Source: Candidatus Limnocylindria bacterium (GTDB lineage Bacteria > Chloroflexota > Limnocylindria > QHBO01). From it: a DNA stretch of 64,000 bases. A program made the position numbers and the translations under genes. Positions 10,237 to 20,095 of the stretch are shown piece by piece (the stretch's first letter is position 1; every line of letters begins with the position of its first letter). The stretch lies in NCBI GenBank assembly GCA_038250515.1, contig JBBSCG010000005.1:548-64547 (forward strand). The letters are read 5' to 3'. The notes below the pieces were generated by a model. The model saw only the letters and a list, made by a program, of their open reading frames with translations, had not been told where the DNA came from and made no database searches.

Positions 10237-10256
10237 GGGGCGCGCCCGGCGCGCCC
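10237..10256 (-). terminator. GC-rich palindrome immediately after the pnp stop (GGGCGCGCC/GGCGCGCCC) with no U-tract: possible pnp terminator or processing hairpin
   Basis: Perfect inverted repeat lying between the pnp stop (10263) and the udg start (10200). Confidence 0.3.
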
Positions 10257-10262
10257 ATCGGT

Positions 10263-12875
10263 CTAGGACTCGCCGACTCCGGCCTTCGCCATGTGGCGCT
10301 CCATCGCGGCGCGCCGTGACAGGTTGACCCGACCCATACGATCGATCTCGGTGACGACCACCATCAGCTCGTCGCCGATGCTGACCACGTCCTCGACGCG
10401 CGGCACCCGGTAATCGGCGAGCTGGCTGATGTGGACCAGGCCCTCCTTGCCGGGCAGGATCTCGACGAAGGCACCGAAGTTCATGATCCGGGTCACCTTG
10501 CCGAGGTACTCCTTGCCGACCTCGACGTCGCGGGTCAGGCCCTCGATCCAACGGACCGCCTTGTCCGAGGCCTCGCCCGATGTGGACGCGATCTGGATCG
10601 TGCCGTCGTCCTCGACGTTGATCTGCGTACCGGTCTCGGCGGTGATCTGACGGATCACCTTGCCACCGGCGCCGATGACGTCGCGGATCTTGTCGACCGG
10701 GATCTTAATCGTGATGATCCTCGGCGCGTACTGGCTCAGCTCGCTGCGGCTGGCGCTGATCGTCTCGTTCATCTTGTCGAGGATGAACAGCCGGCCCTTG
10801 CGAGCCTGCTCGAGCGCGTCGCGCAGGATCTCCGGGGTGATGCCCGCGGTCTTGATGTCCATCTGCAGCGCCGTCACACCTTCCGTGGTGCCGGTCACCT
10901 TGAAGTCCATGTCACCGAAGGCGTCTTCCTTGCCGGTGATGTCGGTCAGCACGGCGTAGCGGCCGGTGGCCTGGTCGGTGATCAGGCCCATCGCCACGCC
11001 GCCAACCGGTGCCTTGATCGGCACGCCGGCATCCATCAGGGCCAGGGTGCTGCCACAGGTCGACGCCATCGACGTCGAGCCGTTGCTGCTCACCGCCTCG
11101 CTGACGATGCGGATCACGTACGGGAACTCGTCGACGGTCGGCAGGACCGGCAGCAGCGCCCGCTCGGCGAGCGCGCCGTGGCCGATCTCACGACGGCCGG
11201 GGCCGCGCATGAACTTGGCTTCGCCGACCGAGTAGGGCGGCATGTTGTAGTGGTGGATGTAGCGCTTCTCCGTCTCGGGGCTGATCGTATCGAGCCGCTG
11301 CACGTCGCTCGACGGGCCGAGCGTCGCGATCGATAGCACCTGGGTCTGACCCCGTGTGAACAGGCCCGAGCCGTGCGTACGCGGCAGGATGCCGACCTCG
11401 GCGCTGATCGGCCGGATGGTCGACGTGTCGCGGCCGTCGATGCGGATGCCCTCGGACAGGACCATCTCGCGAACGGTCGCCTTCAGGAGCGCATCCATCA
11501 GCGCTGAACCGATGCCGTGGCGGCGGCGAATGTCCTCGATGCGCTGGCCCTGCTCCGCGTGGTTGTAGCCCTCGCGACCACGGCGAATCTCGTCGGAGAC
11601 GTCCTTGCGGACCGCATCAAGCCGCTCGGCCAGGCCGTCGGTCAGGCTGATGAACAGGTCGGCCGTCGCCTGGGCGTCCGGCATGGCCCGATGCGCCGCC
11701 TCGTGGTCTCGCCCGAAGGCGAAGCGCAGCAGGTCGGCCAGCTTGTAGCTGCCGGCATCGGGATACAGCTGGTAGGCCAGCTCGAGCGTGTCATAGACCG
11801 CCCTGGGCTCCCAGCTCACGTCGTTCGGCAGGTGACGAAGCAGGAACGGCAGGTCGAAGCTGACGTTGTGCGCAACGATCCCCGCGTCGCCGATCCATTC
11901 GACGAACTTCGGCAGCACCTCGGCGGCCGTTGGCGCATTGGCGACGTCCTCGTCGGACAGGCCGTGCACCTGGTGGCCGACGATCGAGCGACCGGGGTTG
12001 ACCAGCGACTCGAAGCGATCGACCACCTGTCCGTCCCGCACGCGCAGCGCGGCCAGATCGACGATATAGCCGTTCTCCGGCTTCATGGCGGTGGTCTCGA
12101 AGTCGAACACCACGAACTCGCTCGAGCCTGAGGCGAGCGCCTTGCCGAGCCTGACTACCGAATCGGCCTTCGGACCGATGAACGGCAGCTTCTTGGGCGT
12201 GCCGGCCGTGGCGGTCAGCTTGTCCTGCAGCTCGATGCTCTTCTGGAGCTCACGCTGGCCGTATTCGATGGCGTCGGCCATCGTCGCCTCCGGCAGGATC
12301 TTGGCGCCGGCCTCGACCATCATCAGGGCGTCGCGCGTGCCGGCCACCACGAGGTCGAGCTGGCTCTCCTCGAGCTGGCTCGTCGTCGGATTGGTGACGA
12401 ACTGGCCGTCGATATACCCGACGCGCACCGCGCCGACCGGGCCGAGGAACGGGATGCCGCTCACCGAGAGCGCCGCCGAGGCGCCGTTCAGGGCGAGAAT
12501 GTCCGGATCGTTCTCCTGGTCCGCCGAGAGGACGGTCAGCACGACCTGGACGTCGTTGCGGTAGCCCTTCGGGAACAGGGGCCGAATCGGTCGATCCGTC
12601 AGGCGCATGGCCAAAATGGCCGCCTCTGACGGGCGCGACTCACGCTTGATGAATCCGCCAGGGATCTTGCCCGCAGCGTACATCCGCTCCTCGTAATCGA
12701 TGGTGAGCGGGAAGAAGTCGGTGCCCTCGCGGGGCTCCTTGCTGGCGACGGCAGTCGCCAGGATCACCGTGTCGCCGTATCGGACGAGCACTGCTCCGTC
12801 GGCCTGTTCGGCCAGCTTTCCCGCCTCGAGCGAGAAGGTCTGGTTGCCGATCTCGGCCTCAACCTTAATTGCCAC
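10263..12875 (-). CDS. pnp: Polynucleotide phosphorylase with an inserted DnaQ-like DEDDh 3'-5' exonuclease domain (870 aa)
   Basis: GTG start with a GGAGGAA SD. RNase PH-1 domain, then an exonuclease insert at about residues 253-412 (nt 11640-12119; Exo I FDFETT, Exo [11 protein letters not shown], Exo [11 protein letters not shown]), then RNase PH-2, KH ([19 protein letters not shown]) and S1 domains. Classic rpsO-pnp arrangement. Confidence 0.9.
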   Translation of the reverse strand: MAIKVEAEIGNQTFSLEAGKLAEQADGAVLVRYGDTVILATAVASKEPREGTDFFPLTIDYEERMYAAGKIPGGFIKRESRPSEAAILAMRLTDRPIRPLFPKGYRNDVQVVLTVLSADQENDPDILALNGASAALSVSGIPFLGPVGAVRVGYIDGQFVTNPTTSQLEESQLDLVVAGTRDALMMVEAGAKILPEATMADAIEYGQRELQKSIELQDKLTATAGTPKKLPFIGPKADSVVRLGKALASGSSEFVVFDFETTAMKPENGYIVDLAALRVRDGQVVDRFESLVNPGRSIVGHQVHGLSDEDVANAPTAAEVLPKFVEWIGDAGIVAHNVSFDLPFLLRHLPNDVSWEPRAVYDTLELAYQLYPDAGSYKLADLLRFAFGRDHEAAHRAMPDAQATADLFISLTDGLAERLDAVRKDVSDEIRRGREGYNHAEQGQRIEDIRRRHGIGSALMDALLKATVREMVLSEGIRIDGRDTSTIRPISAEVGILPRTHGSGLFTRGQTQVLSIATLGPSSDVQRLDTISPETEKRYIHHYNMPPYSVGEAKFMRGPGRREIGHGALAERALLPVLPTVDEFPYVIRIVSEAVSSNGSTSMASTCGSTLALMDAGVPIKAPVGGVAMGLITDQATGRYAVLTDITGKEDAFGDMDFKVTGTTEGVTALQMDIKTAGITPEILRDALEQARKGRLFILDKMNETISASRSELSQYAPRIITIKIPVDKIRDVIGAGGKVIRQITAETGTQINVEDDGTIQIASTSGEASDKAVRWIEGLTRDVEVGKEYLGKVTRIMNFGAFVEILPGKEGLVHISQLADYRVPRVEDVVSIGDELMVVVTEIDRMGRVNLSRRAAMERHMAKAGVGES

Positions 12876-13047
12876 TGATTCTCATTCCTCCAGTGATTTC
12901 ATCTGCTTAGAACGTTCGGCGCTCTGACCCACGCATCATCGCTGCGATCAGGCAACGGGGGCGGGCGGCGGTCTGACGGACGCGGCCCCACTTGGTTCGG
13001 ATGCGGGAGCCGGACATCTACACTTTGCGGGTTCACCGCATGTGCAA

Positions 13048-13075
13048 GACCCAGGGCCTCGGAGGCACCTGGGTC
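13048..13075 (-). promoter_or_regulatory. rpsO terminator / pnp leader stem-loop (GACCCAGG-12nt-CCTGGGTC), the expected RNase III / autoregulatory hairpin of the rpsO-pnp intergenic region
   Basis: 8-bp perfect stem 20 nt after the rpsO stop on the minus strand, inside the 218-nt pnp 5' leader. Confidence 0.45.
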
Positions 13076-13093
13076 CAATACATGGTGGTCGAC

Positions 13094-13375
13094 TTAGCGG
13101 CGCAGTCCCAGCCGACCGATCACCGCGCGGTAACGATCGACATCGTTACGGACGAGGTATGCAAGAAGCCGGCGGCGTTGCCCGACGAGCTTCAGCAGTC
13201 CACGGCGCGAGTGGTTGTCGTTCTGGTAGGTGCGCAGATGCTCCGTCAGCGACTTGATCCGCTCGGTGAGCAGTGCGATCTGCACCTCGGGGGAGCCGGT
13301 ATCGCCATCATGGGTGGCGTAGTCTTCGACGATCTCGCTCTTCGCGTCCTTGGCGAGGGGCACACGTTCCTCCAC
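13094..13375 (-). CDS. rpsO: 30S ribosomal protein S15
   Basis: 93 aa. Conserved [42 protein letters not shown] start with an AGGAAA SD. Confidence 0.9.
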   Translation of the reverse strand: MEERVPLAKDAKSEIVEDYATHDGDTGSPEVQIALLTERIKSLTEHLRTYQNDNHSRRGLLKLVGQRRRLLAYLVRNDVDRYRAVIGRLGLRR

Positions 13376-13445
13376 ATTCGTTTCCTATCGTCGGCCATGG
13401 TATCAGAATTCGCCCCTGGCCGCCGTCGAACGCTTTCCGTACAGA

Positions 13446-14402
13446 CTAGCCACCGATGCCGAGGTAGACGCGTGCCTGCGCCTCGTCTCGACGCATCTGC
13501 TCGATGAGCGCCTGCGCGCCGTCGAAGCGCCGCTCCGCGCGAAGACGCGTCCGTAGATGCACGCCCAATCGAGCACCATACAGGTCACCGTCATAGTCGA
13601 GCAGGTAGACCTCGACGAGCACGCGGCCCTCGTCGTGGAAGGTTGGCCGAACGCCGATGCTGATCAGCGCCGGATGGGCGGGGCCAACCTGCCGCGCGGG
13701 CACCGAGACGGACCCCACGTAGATGCCGAGGGGCGGCATGGCGGGCCGATAGTCGAAGTCGAGGTTCGCGGTCGGGAAGCCCAGCTCACGTCCGCGTCGA
13801 TCCCCCGCCACGACGATGCCCACCAGGAAGGGCGGGCGACTCAGCAGCTCGGTGGCTTCATCGAGCTCGGCAGCGGCAACCGCGTGCCGAATTCGCGTCG
13901 AGGAGACCGGCTCGCCCCCAATGAGCAGGCGATCCACCGCGACGACCTCGAATCCCCGCTCGGCGGCCAGCTTACCCATGCTGTCGAACGTGCCGCCGCG
14001 TCCTCGTCCGAACGCGCTCTGGGGCGTCATGACCAGGTCTCGCAGGTCAATCGCCGGCGCGAGCGCGGCCAGAAACTCCTCGGCCCGCAGCGCGCGCAAC
14101 GCGTCGTCGAAGCGCAGCGGAATTGCCTCATCGATGCCGGCGGCTTCGATGAGCTCAAGGTTCGTGGCCAGCGGAGCAAGTCGCGGCACGACGAGACCGG
14201 CCTGCAGCAGCTCCACGGGCGGTGGGTCGAACACGAGCGCCACGCTGCGCAGGCCGTGCTCCGTGGCGGACGACCGCGTGGCCGAAAGGACGCGCTGGTG
14301 TCCGCGGTGCACGCCATCGAACACACCCATCGTCACCGCGGCCGGACCGAGCGACGGCAGGTCCGCGACAGAACGTGCCAGGCGAGGAACGTCAACCTTC
14401 AT
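13446..14402 (-). CDS. ribF: Bifunctional riboflavin kinase / FMN adenylyltransferase
   Basis: N-terminal FAD synthetase (GVFDGVHRGHQ) and C-terminal riboflavin kinase (GFPTANL...EVYLLDYDGDLYG). Confidence 0.9.
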   Translation of the reverse strand: MKVDVPRLARSVADLPSLGPAAVTMGVFDGVHRGHQRVLSATRSSATEHGLRSVALVFDPPPVELLQAGLVVPRLAPLATNLELIEAAGIDEAIPLRFDDALRALRAEEFLAALAPAIDLRDLVMTPQSAFGRGRGGTFDSMGKLAAERGFEVVAVDRLLIGGEPVSSTRIRHAVAAAELDEATELLSRPPFLVGIVVAGDRRGRELGFPTANLDFDYRPAMPPLGIYVGSVSVPARQVGPAHPALISIGVRPTFHDEGRVLVEVYLLDYDGDLYGARLGVHLRTRLRAERRFDGAQALIEQMRRDEAQARVYLGIGG

Positions 14403-15274
14403 TCCGTCAGCACCTTGTCCGGCTGGAGCATGCCTGCCTGCACTGTCCCGATGCCCAGCAGCCGCCCGTCGGCCAGAACCACGTGACGGCCACTGCCCTC
14501 CATCGCCACCGGCAGCAGCGAGCCGTTGACGAAGTGCCCGGCTTCGTCGCGATCGAGCTGCAGCTGCGGCAGGGTGAGCAGGCCGACCACGGGAATGAGC
14601 CCCTCGGCGATTCGCCCTTCAGCAGCCAGCGCCTCCAGCCGCTCCGGCGTGATGGCGTCGTCGACCCGCAAGCCGGCGGCCTCGGTGCGGCGCAGCGCGG
14701 CGAGGTAGCCGCCGCAGCCAAGCTGTTCACCGAGGTCACGCGCCAGCGCACGAACGTAGGTGCCAGCTCCGCAGCGCAGATCAATCCGAATGTCCGGCCG
14801 GCCGTCAACCGCCTCGACTGAGAGCAGATCGATCCGGGAGATCGAGACCATCCGCGGAGCCAGGTCGAGTGGCTCGCCGGCACGTGCGGCGCGATGCGCG
14901 CGCCGGCCCGCCTGTTTGCGGGCAGAGAACGCGGGCGGACGCTGCGGGAAGCTGCCGACGAACGCCTGCAGCGCCTGCGCGATCGCGTCCACTTCTGGAA
15001 GCGGTCCAGCGACCTGCTCGAGCGGCCCCTGGGAATCATCGGTCGCCGATCGCCAACCCAGCCGGATCACGGCGTCGTAACGCTTCGTGCCGCCGGTCAG
15101 CTCCTCGCTCAGCCGCGTCGCGGCCCCGACCAGGATGGGGAGCACGCCCGAGGCCAGCGGATCAAGCGTGCCGGCATGCCCGATCCGCCGGATGCCGGTC
15201 AGGCGTCGCACCAGGCCGACCATGTCGTGCGAGGTCGGTCCGACCGGCTTGTCGAGGTTAACGACCCCGAGCAT
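14399..15274 (-). CDS. truB: tRNA pseudouridine(55) synthase TruB
   Basis: GVVNLDKPVGPTSHD...GHAGTLDPLASGVL catalytic motif. Start at internal ATG 15274; the track ORF is N-extended into nrnA. Confidence 0.9.
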   Translation of the reverse strand: MLGVVNLDKPVGPTSHDMVGLVRRLTGIRRIGHAGTLDPLASGVLPILVGAATRLSEELTGGTKRYDAVIRLGWRSATDDSQGPLEQVAGPLPEVDAIAQALQAFVGSFPQRPPAFSARKQAGRRAHRAARAGEPLDLAPRMVSISRIDLLSVEAVDGRPDIRIDLRCGAGTYVRALARDLGEQLGCGGYLAALRRTEAAGLRVDDAITPERLEALAAEGRIAEGLIPVVGLLTLPQLQLDRDEAGHFVNGSLLPVAMEGSGRHVVLADGRLLGIGTVQAGMLQPDKVLTE

Positions 15275-16241
15275 CGGCCCTGGAGAGCTCAGCCTCGCAC
15301 TCGACGAGGACGCGCTCACGCGCCTCGGCGAGCGGCAGCGCCAGCGTGCAGGCGGCGGCGCGCGCGTGGCCGCCGCCGCCGAACGCACCGGTGATGGCGA
15401 CGGCGTCAGCCCGTTCGGTGGTGCGCACGCTGGCCCTGGTCACCAGCGCATCGGCCACCTTGAACAGCACCGTCACGTCCGCGGCCTTCGTCGAAGCAAG
15501 CAGATCTACGAATCCCTCCGACGCGGCGGGCTGCGAGTCGGTCAGCTCGAGCATCGCGCCGGTCATGCTGGCGTGCACGATCCGCCCATCGCAGCGCTGA
15601 CCGATGCCCGCCAGCATCAGGCCCCACAGCGCGAGCGTGTCGTACGGCTTATCCGCGTAGACCGCGCGGTTGATGGCCGACAGCGGCGCCCCGGCGTCGA
15701 CCAGCTCGGCGGCGACGCGCAGCGTGCGGGGCGTGGCGTTGGGATGCGCGAACGTGTGCGTGTCCTGGACGATGCCGGCCATGAGCAGCGTCGCGAGCTC
15801 CGCGTCGAGCTGCACACCCAGCACCGGCAGCAGCAGCGCGACGAGCTCGCAGGTCGCCGCCGCGGTCGGCTCGATGAGCTGCGCCACGCCGAAGCCGGGA
15901 TTGCTGACGTGGTGGTCGATATTGACGATCCGCGCCTTCGCAAGCCAGTTGGCATGCTCCCGGCCGATGCTGCCGGTGCGCGACAGGTCGCCGGCGTCGA
16001 CGATGACCGCCACGTCCGGCTCGAGGCCCGGGGCCGTGCGGACGTCCTCGATACGCGGCAGGAACGCCAGGAACGGGGGCGGCGGGTCGCCGCATACCAC
16101 CTCGGCCTGCTTGCCGAGGCGCTCAGCCGCCAGGCGGATGGCCATCCCCGCTCCGAGCGTGTCAGCGTCGGGATTCTCGTGGCAGATGGCCGTCACTCGC
16201 TCGGCCGACGCAATGACGTTCGCGACGTCGGCCAGGCTCAT
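15258..16241 (-). CDS. nrnA: DHH/DHHA1 phosphoesterase NrnA (nanoRNase / pAp phosphatase)
   Basis: DHH motifs (ICHENPDADTLG, NIDHH) and a DHHA1 GGGH tail. Sits in the conserved rbfA-nrnA-truB position. Confidence 0.85.
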   Translation of the reverse strand: MSLADVANVIASAERVTAICHENPDADTLGAGMAIRLAAERLGKQAEVVCGDPPPPFLAFLPRIEDVRTAPGLEPDVAVIVDAGDLSRTGSIGREHANWLAKARIVNIDHHVSNPGFGVAQLIEPTAAATCELVALLLPVLGVQLDAELATLLMAGIVQDTHTFAHPNATPRTLRVAAELVDAGAPLSAINRAVYADKPYDTLALWGLMLAGIGQRCDGRIVHASMTGAMLELTDSQPAASEGFVDLLASTKAADVTVLFKVADALVTRASVRTTERADAVAITGAFGGGGHARAAACTLALPLAEARERVLVECEAELSRADARGR

Positions 16242-16624
16242 GTCGACTCACCGTCGTCGGTGAGACGAACCGTCGCCGGCCCGTCCTCATTCTCCAGCTC
16301 GCGTAGCAGCCGCAGCACGCGATCGCCGGTCTCGATCGACTCGTCACGGCGCAACAGCAGCTGCGGCACAGTGCGGATCGTGAGCCGCTCGGCGAGCTTG
16401 CGGCGCAGCCACGGAGCCGCGGCCGTCAACGCACGCATGGTCTTCTCACGCTCCTCATCGGACCCGAGGACGCTGACCCAGACGCGCGCGACACTCAGGT
16501 CGCGTGCCGTCTCGACGCGCGTGATCGTCACGAAGCCGAGGCGCGGATCCTTCATCTCGCGCTGGAGCAGGTCCATCAGCTCCTGCCGGATCTGGGCATC
16601 GAGACGTTGCGTGCGCTGGCTCAT
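16238..16624 (-). CDS. rbfA: Ribosome-binding factor A
   Basis: 128 aa with an RbfA KH-like fold signature (RLGFVTITRVETARDLSVARVWVS). Confidence 0.9.
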   Translation of the reverse strand: MSQRTQRLDAQIRQELMDLLQREMKDPRLGFVTITRVETARDLSVARVWVSVLGSDEEREKTMRALTAAAPWLRRKLAERLTIRTVPQLLLRRDESIETGDRVLRLLRELENEDGPATVRLTDDGEST

Positions 16625-16642
16625 GACGAACGCAGCCTGCCG

Positions 16643-18556
16643 TCAGGCGGGCTGCTCGGCCACCATCTGGAAGCACTCGATGACGTCGCCCTCTTGCACC
16701 TCGCCGTTCGCAAGGCTGATCCCGCACTCGAACCCGGTGGCAACTTCGCGGACATCGTCCTTGAAGCGCTTCAGCGACTCGATGCGCGTCTCCTCGAGCA
16801 GCGCGCCACCACGGAACAGCCGCGCGCTGGCACCGCGCACGATGCGGCCGTCGGTGACGTACGAGCCCGCCACGAACCCTGCCTTACCGGCCTTGATCAC
16901 CATGCGGACCTCGGCGTGGCCCTCGACCTGCTCGACCATCTTCGGAGCGAGCATGCCGTGGAGCGCCGCACCGATGTCATCGGTCAGCTTGTAGATGACG
17001 TCGTACAGCCGCACGTCGACACCCGAGGCGTCGACGGATCGCTGCGCGCCGGGATCGAGCTTCGTGTTGAAGCCGACGACGATCGCGTCCGAAGCCGATG
17101 CGAGCAGGATGTCGGACTCGTTGATGTCGCCCGCACCCTCGCCGATGATGTTGATCCGCACCTCGGTGCTGTTGAGCCGCTCGAGCGAGTGACGGATGGC
17201 ACCGAGCGATCCCTGGACGTCGGTCTTGAGGACGACGCGCAGCTCCTTCACCTCGCTCGCCTGGATCTGGGCGCTGATGTCCTCGAGGGTGAACGCGGTC
17301 TTGCCGTCGCCGTTGTTCGAGGCCCGAGCGGTCGCCTCGGCCTGGTCGCGTGCCGACTTCTCGTCCGGGACGACGCGCAGAATGTCGCCGGCCTCGGGAA
17401 CGTCGCTGAGGCCCACGATCTCCACGGCACTCGCGGGCTCGGCCATCTTAACGCGCTTGCCTTCCGCGTTCTGCAGCGCGCGGATGCGACCGAAGGTGCG
17501 GCCGACGACGACGACGTCGCCAGTGCGCAACGTGCCGGTCTGCACGAGCACCGTGGCGACCGTGCCGCGACCCTTGTCGACCTTCGACTCGACAATCGTT
17601 CCGATCGCCGGACGATTCGGATTCGCCTTCAGCTCCTGCAGGTCGGCGACGAGCAGGATCATCTCCAACAGCGTGTCGAGGCCCGTGCCCTGCTTGGCAC
17701 TGACCGGCACGGCGATGACGTCACCACCGTAGTCCTCGATCAGCACCCCGATGTCGGCGAGCTCCTGCTTGACCCGATCGAGGTTGGCATCGGGCTTGTC
17801 GACCTTGTTGATGGCGACGATCATCGGCACGCGTGCCGCCCGAACGTGGTCGATTGCCTCGCGCGTCTGCGGCATCACGCCGTCGTCCGCGGCCACCACG
17901 ATGACCGCGATGTCGGTGACCTGTGCCCCGCGCGCACGCATGGCGGTGAACGCCTCGTGGCCCGGCGTGTCCAGGAAGACGATGCGCTTGTCGTTGTGCG
18001 TGATCTCGGACGCACCGATGTGCTGGGTGATTCCACCGCGCTCGCCGGTCGCCACCTTCGTGCTTCGCACCGCGTCGAGCAGGCTCGTCTTGCCGTGGTC
18101 GACGTGGCCCATCACGGTCACGATCGGTGCGCGGCTGATGAGGTCCTCCGGATGCTCCTCCACCCACAGCACCGGCTTGCCGGCGCCCTCCTCGTCGGAA
18201 CCGGGCGCGACGATCTCCTGCTGGGCGGCCGCCTCGGCGGCTGCACGCTGCGCAATGCCGCTCTCCGTGGCCTCGAAGCCGAGCTCGGCCGCGACCAGCG
18301 AGGCCGTGTCGAAATCGATCGTCTGATTGACCGTCGCGAAGATCCCGTTGCGGATCAGCTCCTTGATGATGTCCGACGGACTGACGGCGAGCGCGGTCGC
18401 CAGGTCCTTGACCGCGATCGAGCTCGGCAGCTCGACGGGTCCCTGCTGGCGAATGGCAGCTGCCGCGGTCTCGGTGGCGACGGCACCGGCGGGCGGCCCG
18501 CTGCGGCGGCGCTGTGGCCGCGGCCCGCGGCGGGGTTGATATCTACGTGGCGGCAT
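16643..18556 (-). CDS. infB: Translation initiation factor IF-2 (short N-terminus, 637 aa)
   Basis: G domain ([26 protein letters not shown]), IF2 domain II and C1/C2 domains. Confidence 0.95.
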   Translation of the reverse strand: MPPRRYQPRRGPRPQRRRSGPPAGAVATETAAAAIRQQGPVELPSSIAVKDLATALAVSPSDIIKELIRNGIFATVNQTIDFDTASLVAAELGFEATESGIAQRAAAEAAAQQEIVAPGSDEEGAGKPVLWVEEHPEDLISRAPIVTVMGHVDHGKTSLLDAVRSTKVATGERGGITQHIGASEITHNDKRIVFLDTPGHEAFTAMRARGAQVTDIAVIVVAADDGVMPQTREAIDHVRAARVPMIVAINKVDKPDANLDRVKQELADIGVLIEDYGGDVIAVPVSAKQGTGLDTLLEMILLVADLQELKANPNRPAIGTIVESKVDKGRGTVATVLVQTGTLRTGDVVVVGRTFGRIRALQNAEGKRVKMAEPASAVEIVGLSDVPEAGDILRVVPDEKSARDQAEATARASNNGDGKTAFTLEDISAQIQASEVKELRVVLKTDVQGSLGAIRHSLERLNSTEVRINIIGEGAGDINESDILLASASDAIVVGFNTKLDPGAQRSVDASGVDVRLYDVIYKLTDDIGAALHGMLAPKMVEQVEGHAEVRMVIKAGKAGFVAGSYVTDGRIVRGASARLFRGGALLEETRIESLKRFKDDVREVATGFECGISLANGEVQEGDVIECFQMVAEQPA

Positions 18557-18815
18557 GCTTGTCCTCGACTACGAGCGCGTCCGGCTGGATCGCCGCGCCG
18601 AGCGCTCGCTGCACTGCCTCGGCCAGGCCTCGCGGCTCCCGGCAGGCAGGATCTTCACAAACATAGGTTCCGCGTCCGGCGGCCTTGCCGCTCGGATCGG
18701 GCGCGACCGCGCCGTCGGTACCGCGCACCAGACGGGTCATCGATCGCTGTGGGTGCACCTGGCGGCAGACCGCGCAGGTTCGCATGGGGATATGGTCAGG
18801 TCGTCGCTTCGGCAT
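18543..18815 (-). CDS. ylxR: YlxR/RnpM (DUF448) RNA-binding protein of the nusA-infB operon
   Basis: RTCAVCRQ...GRGTYVCEDPAC signature. Start at internal ATG 18815. Overlaps the nusA stop and the infB start. Confidence 0.75.
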   Translation of the reverse strand: MPKRRPDHIPMRTCAVCRQVHPQRSMTRLVRGTDGAVAPDPSGKAAGRGTYVCEDPACREPRGLAEAVQRALGAAIQPDALVVEDKHAAT

Positions 18816-19926
18816 CGGCGTGCGCCTCCGTGGCGGCGGGTTCGCCCTCGGTCGGCTCACCACCCGCGGCAGCGGCCACACCCGCGTCGGAGCGGATGTC
18901 GATGCGCCAGCCGGTCAGCTTCGCGGCCAGGCGGGCGTTCTGCCCCTCCTTGCCGATCGCGAGGCTGAGCTGACGCTCTGGTACGACCACGTTGGCGATC
19001 TTGTGCTCCTCGTCGATGCGCACGTTGAGCACCTCGGCCGGCGAAAGAGCTTCGGCAACATACTGCGCCGGGTCCTCGTGCCAGAGCACCACGTCGACCT
19101 TTTCGCCGTTCAGCTCGGCGACGATGGCCTGGATGCGTGCGCCGCGCTGGCCGACCGCCGAGCCCTTGGCGTCGACGCCCTGCTGGCGGCTCTCTACGGC
19201 GACTTTGGAGCGACTGCCGGCCTCGCGGGCGATGCCGCGGATCACAACCGTGCCGTTGTAGATCTCCGGGATCTCCATCTCCATCAGGCGTCGCAGGAAG
19301 CCGCGATGCGTGCGACTCACGACCAGCACCGGGCCGCGCGTCGTGCGACGGACCTCCAGAACATAGACCTTCAGGTGCTGACCGATACGGTAATGCTCCG
19401 ACGGCAGCTGTTCGCTGACCGCGAGGACCGCCTCTACGCCCTTGCCCATGTCGAGCACCACGGCCGACTCGGTCGTGCGATGCACCACCCCGGTCATGAT
19501 CTCGCCCTCGCGGCTGGCGTACTGGCTGTAGACCACGTCGCGCTCAGCCTCACGCAGCCGCTGGCGGTAGACCTGCCCCGCTGTCTGCGCGGCGATGCGG
19601 CCGAGCTGCGCCTGGGTCACGTTCTCGGGGACGCGGACCTTGCTGCCGACACCCGTCGAAGGGTCGATCTTCTGTGCATCGGAGACGAGCATCTGGAGTT
19701 CCGGATCCTCGACCTCTTCGGGGGTGGCGACCACGTCGTACTCGCGGAAGACGCTGATCTGGCCGGACTCGGGGTCGACCCGCACGACGACGTTCTCGGG
19801 TGCCTCGGCGTTGCGACGGTAGGCCGACTCGATCGCCTGCTCCAGCGTCTCGATCAGGATCTCCTTCGGGACACCCTTCTCCGCATTCAGCTGTAGCAGT
19901 GCTCCGATGAAGTCTCGGCTCACCAT
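18796..19926 (-). CDS. nusA: Transcription termination/antitermination factor NusA (no AR1/AR2 repeats)
   Basis: NusA N-terminal domain, S1 and two KH domains. 376 aa. ATG start with a GGAGG SD. Confidence 0.95.
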   Translation of the reverse strand: MVSRDFIGALLQLNAEKGVPKEILIETLEQAIESAYRRNAEAPENVVVRVDPESGQISVFREYDVVATPEEVEDPELQMLVSDAQKIDPSTGVGSKVRVPENVTQAQLGRIAAQTAGQVYRQRLREAERDVVYSQYASREGEIMTGVVHRTTESAVVLDMGKGVEAVLAVSEQLPSEHYRIGQHLKVYVLEVRRTTRGPVLVVSRTHRGFLRRLMEMEIPEIYNGTVVIRGIAREAGSRSKVAVESRQQGVDAKGSAVGQRGARIQAIVAELNGEKVDVVLWHEDPAQYVAEALSPAEVLNVRIDEEHKIANVVVPERQLSLAIGKEGQNARLAAKLTGWRIDIRSDAGVAAAAGGEPTEGEPAATEAHADAEATT

Positions 19927-19940
19927 CGCACCTCCGCAAT

Positions 19941-19978
19941 CTCAAAAACAAACGTGGGCTGGCGAACCGACCCACGTT
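19941..19978 (-). terminator. Terminator-like hairpin + U-tract 15 nt upstream of the nusA start (possible leader attenuator)
   Basis: Minus strand reads ACGUGGGUCGGUUCGCCAGCCCACGU then UUGUUUUUGAG. It lies downstream of the TGgTATACT promoter. Confidence 0.4.
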
Positions 19979-20029
19979 ACGACGCTTCGTAATAAGTTGG
20001 CTTCAGCACGGCCGGCGAAACCTTCGCGG

Positions 20030-20038
20030 AGTATACCA
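20030..20038 (-). promoter_or_regulatory. Extended -10 promoter element TGgTATACT for nusA-ylxR-infB-rbfA
   Basis: rc of ggagtatacca. Sits about 95 nt upstream of the nusA ATG. No rimP is present. Confidence 0.45.
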
Positions 20039-20095
20039 GCCGGGACCGACGACCGCCACCGGGAGGCCTGATCCCATGGCCGCCCCAGTGCGCGT

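Noticed and set aside
9535-10551. Long N-terminal extensions of track ORFs (udg 9535-10551, truB 14399-15388, rnhB 28654-29538, trmD 29887-30798, nusB 40229-40777, kinase 46303-47097, Zn-peptidase 51537-52688, fmt 53017-54246, membrane protein 62390-63700)
   Set aside because: The extensions are Arg/Pro-rich, overlap the upstream conserved gene, and the conserved N-termini begin at internal ATG/GTG codons with SD sequences. Starts were re-called accordingly.
19927-20095. rimP gene upstream of nusA
   Set aside because: The spacer is 169 nt with no SD-led ORF. The ORF-track frames here are Arg/Pro-rich artefacts.
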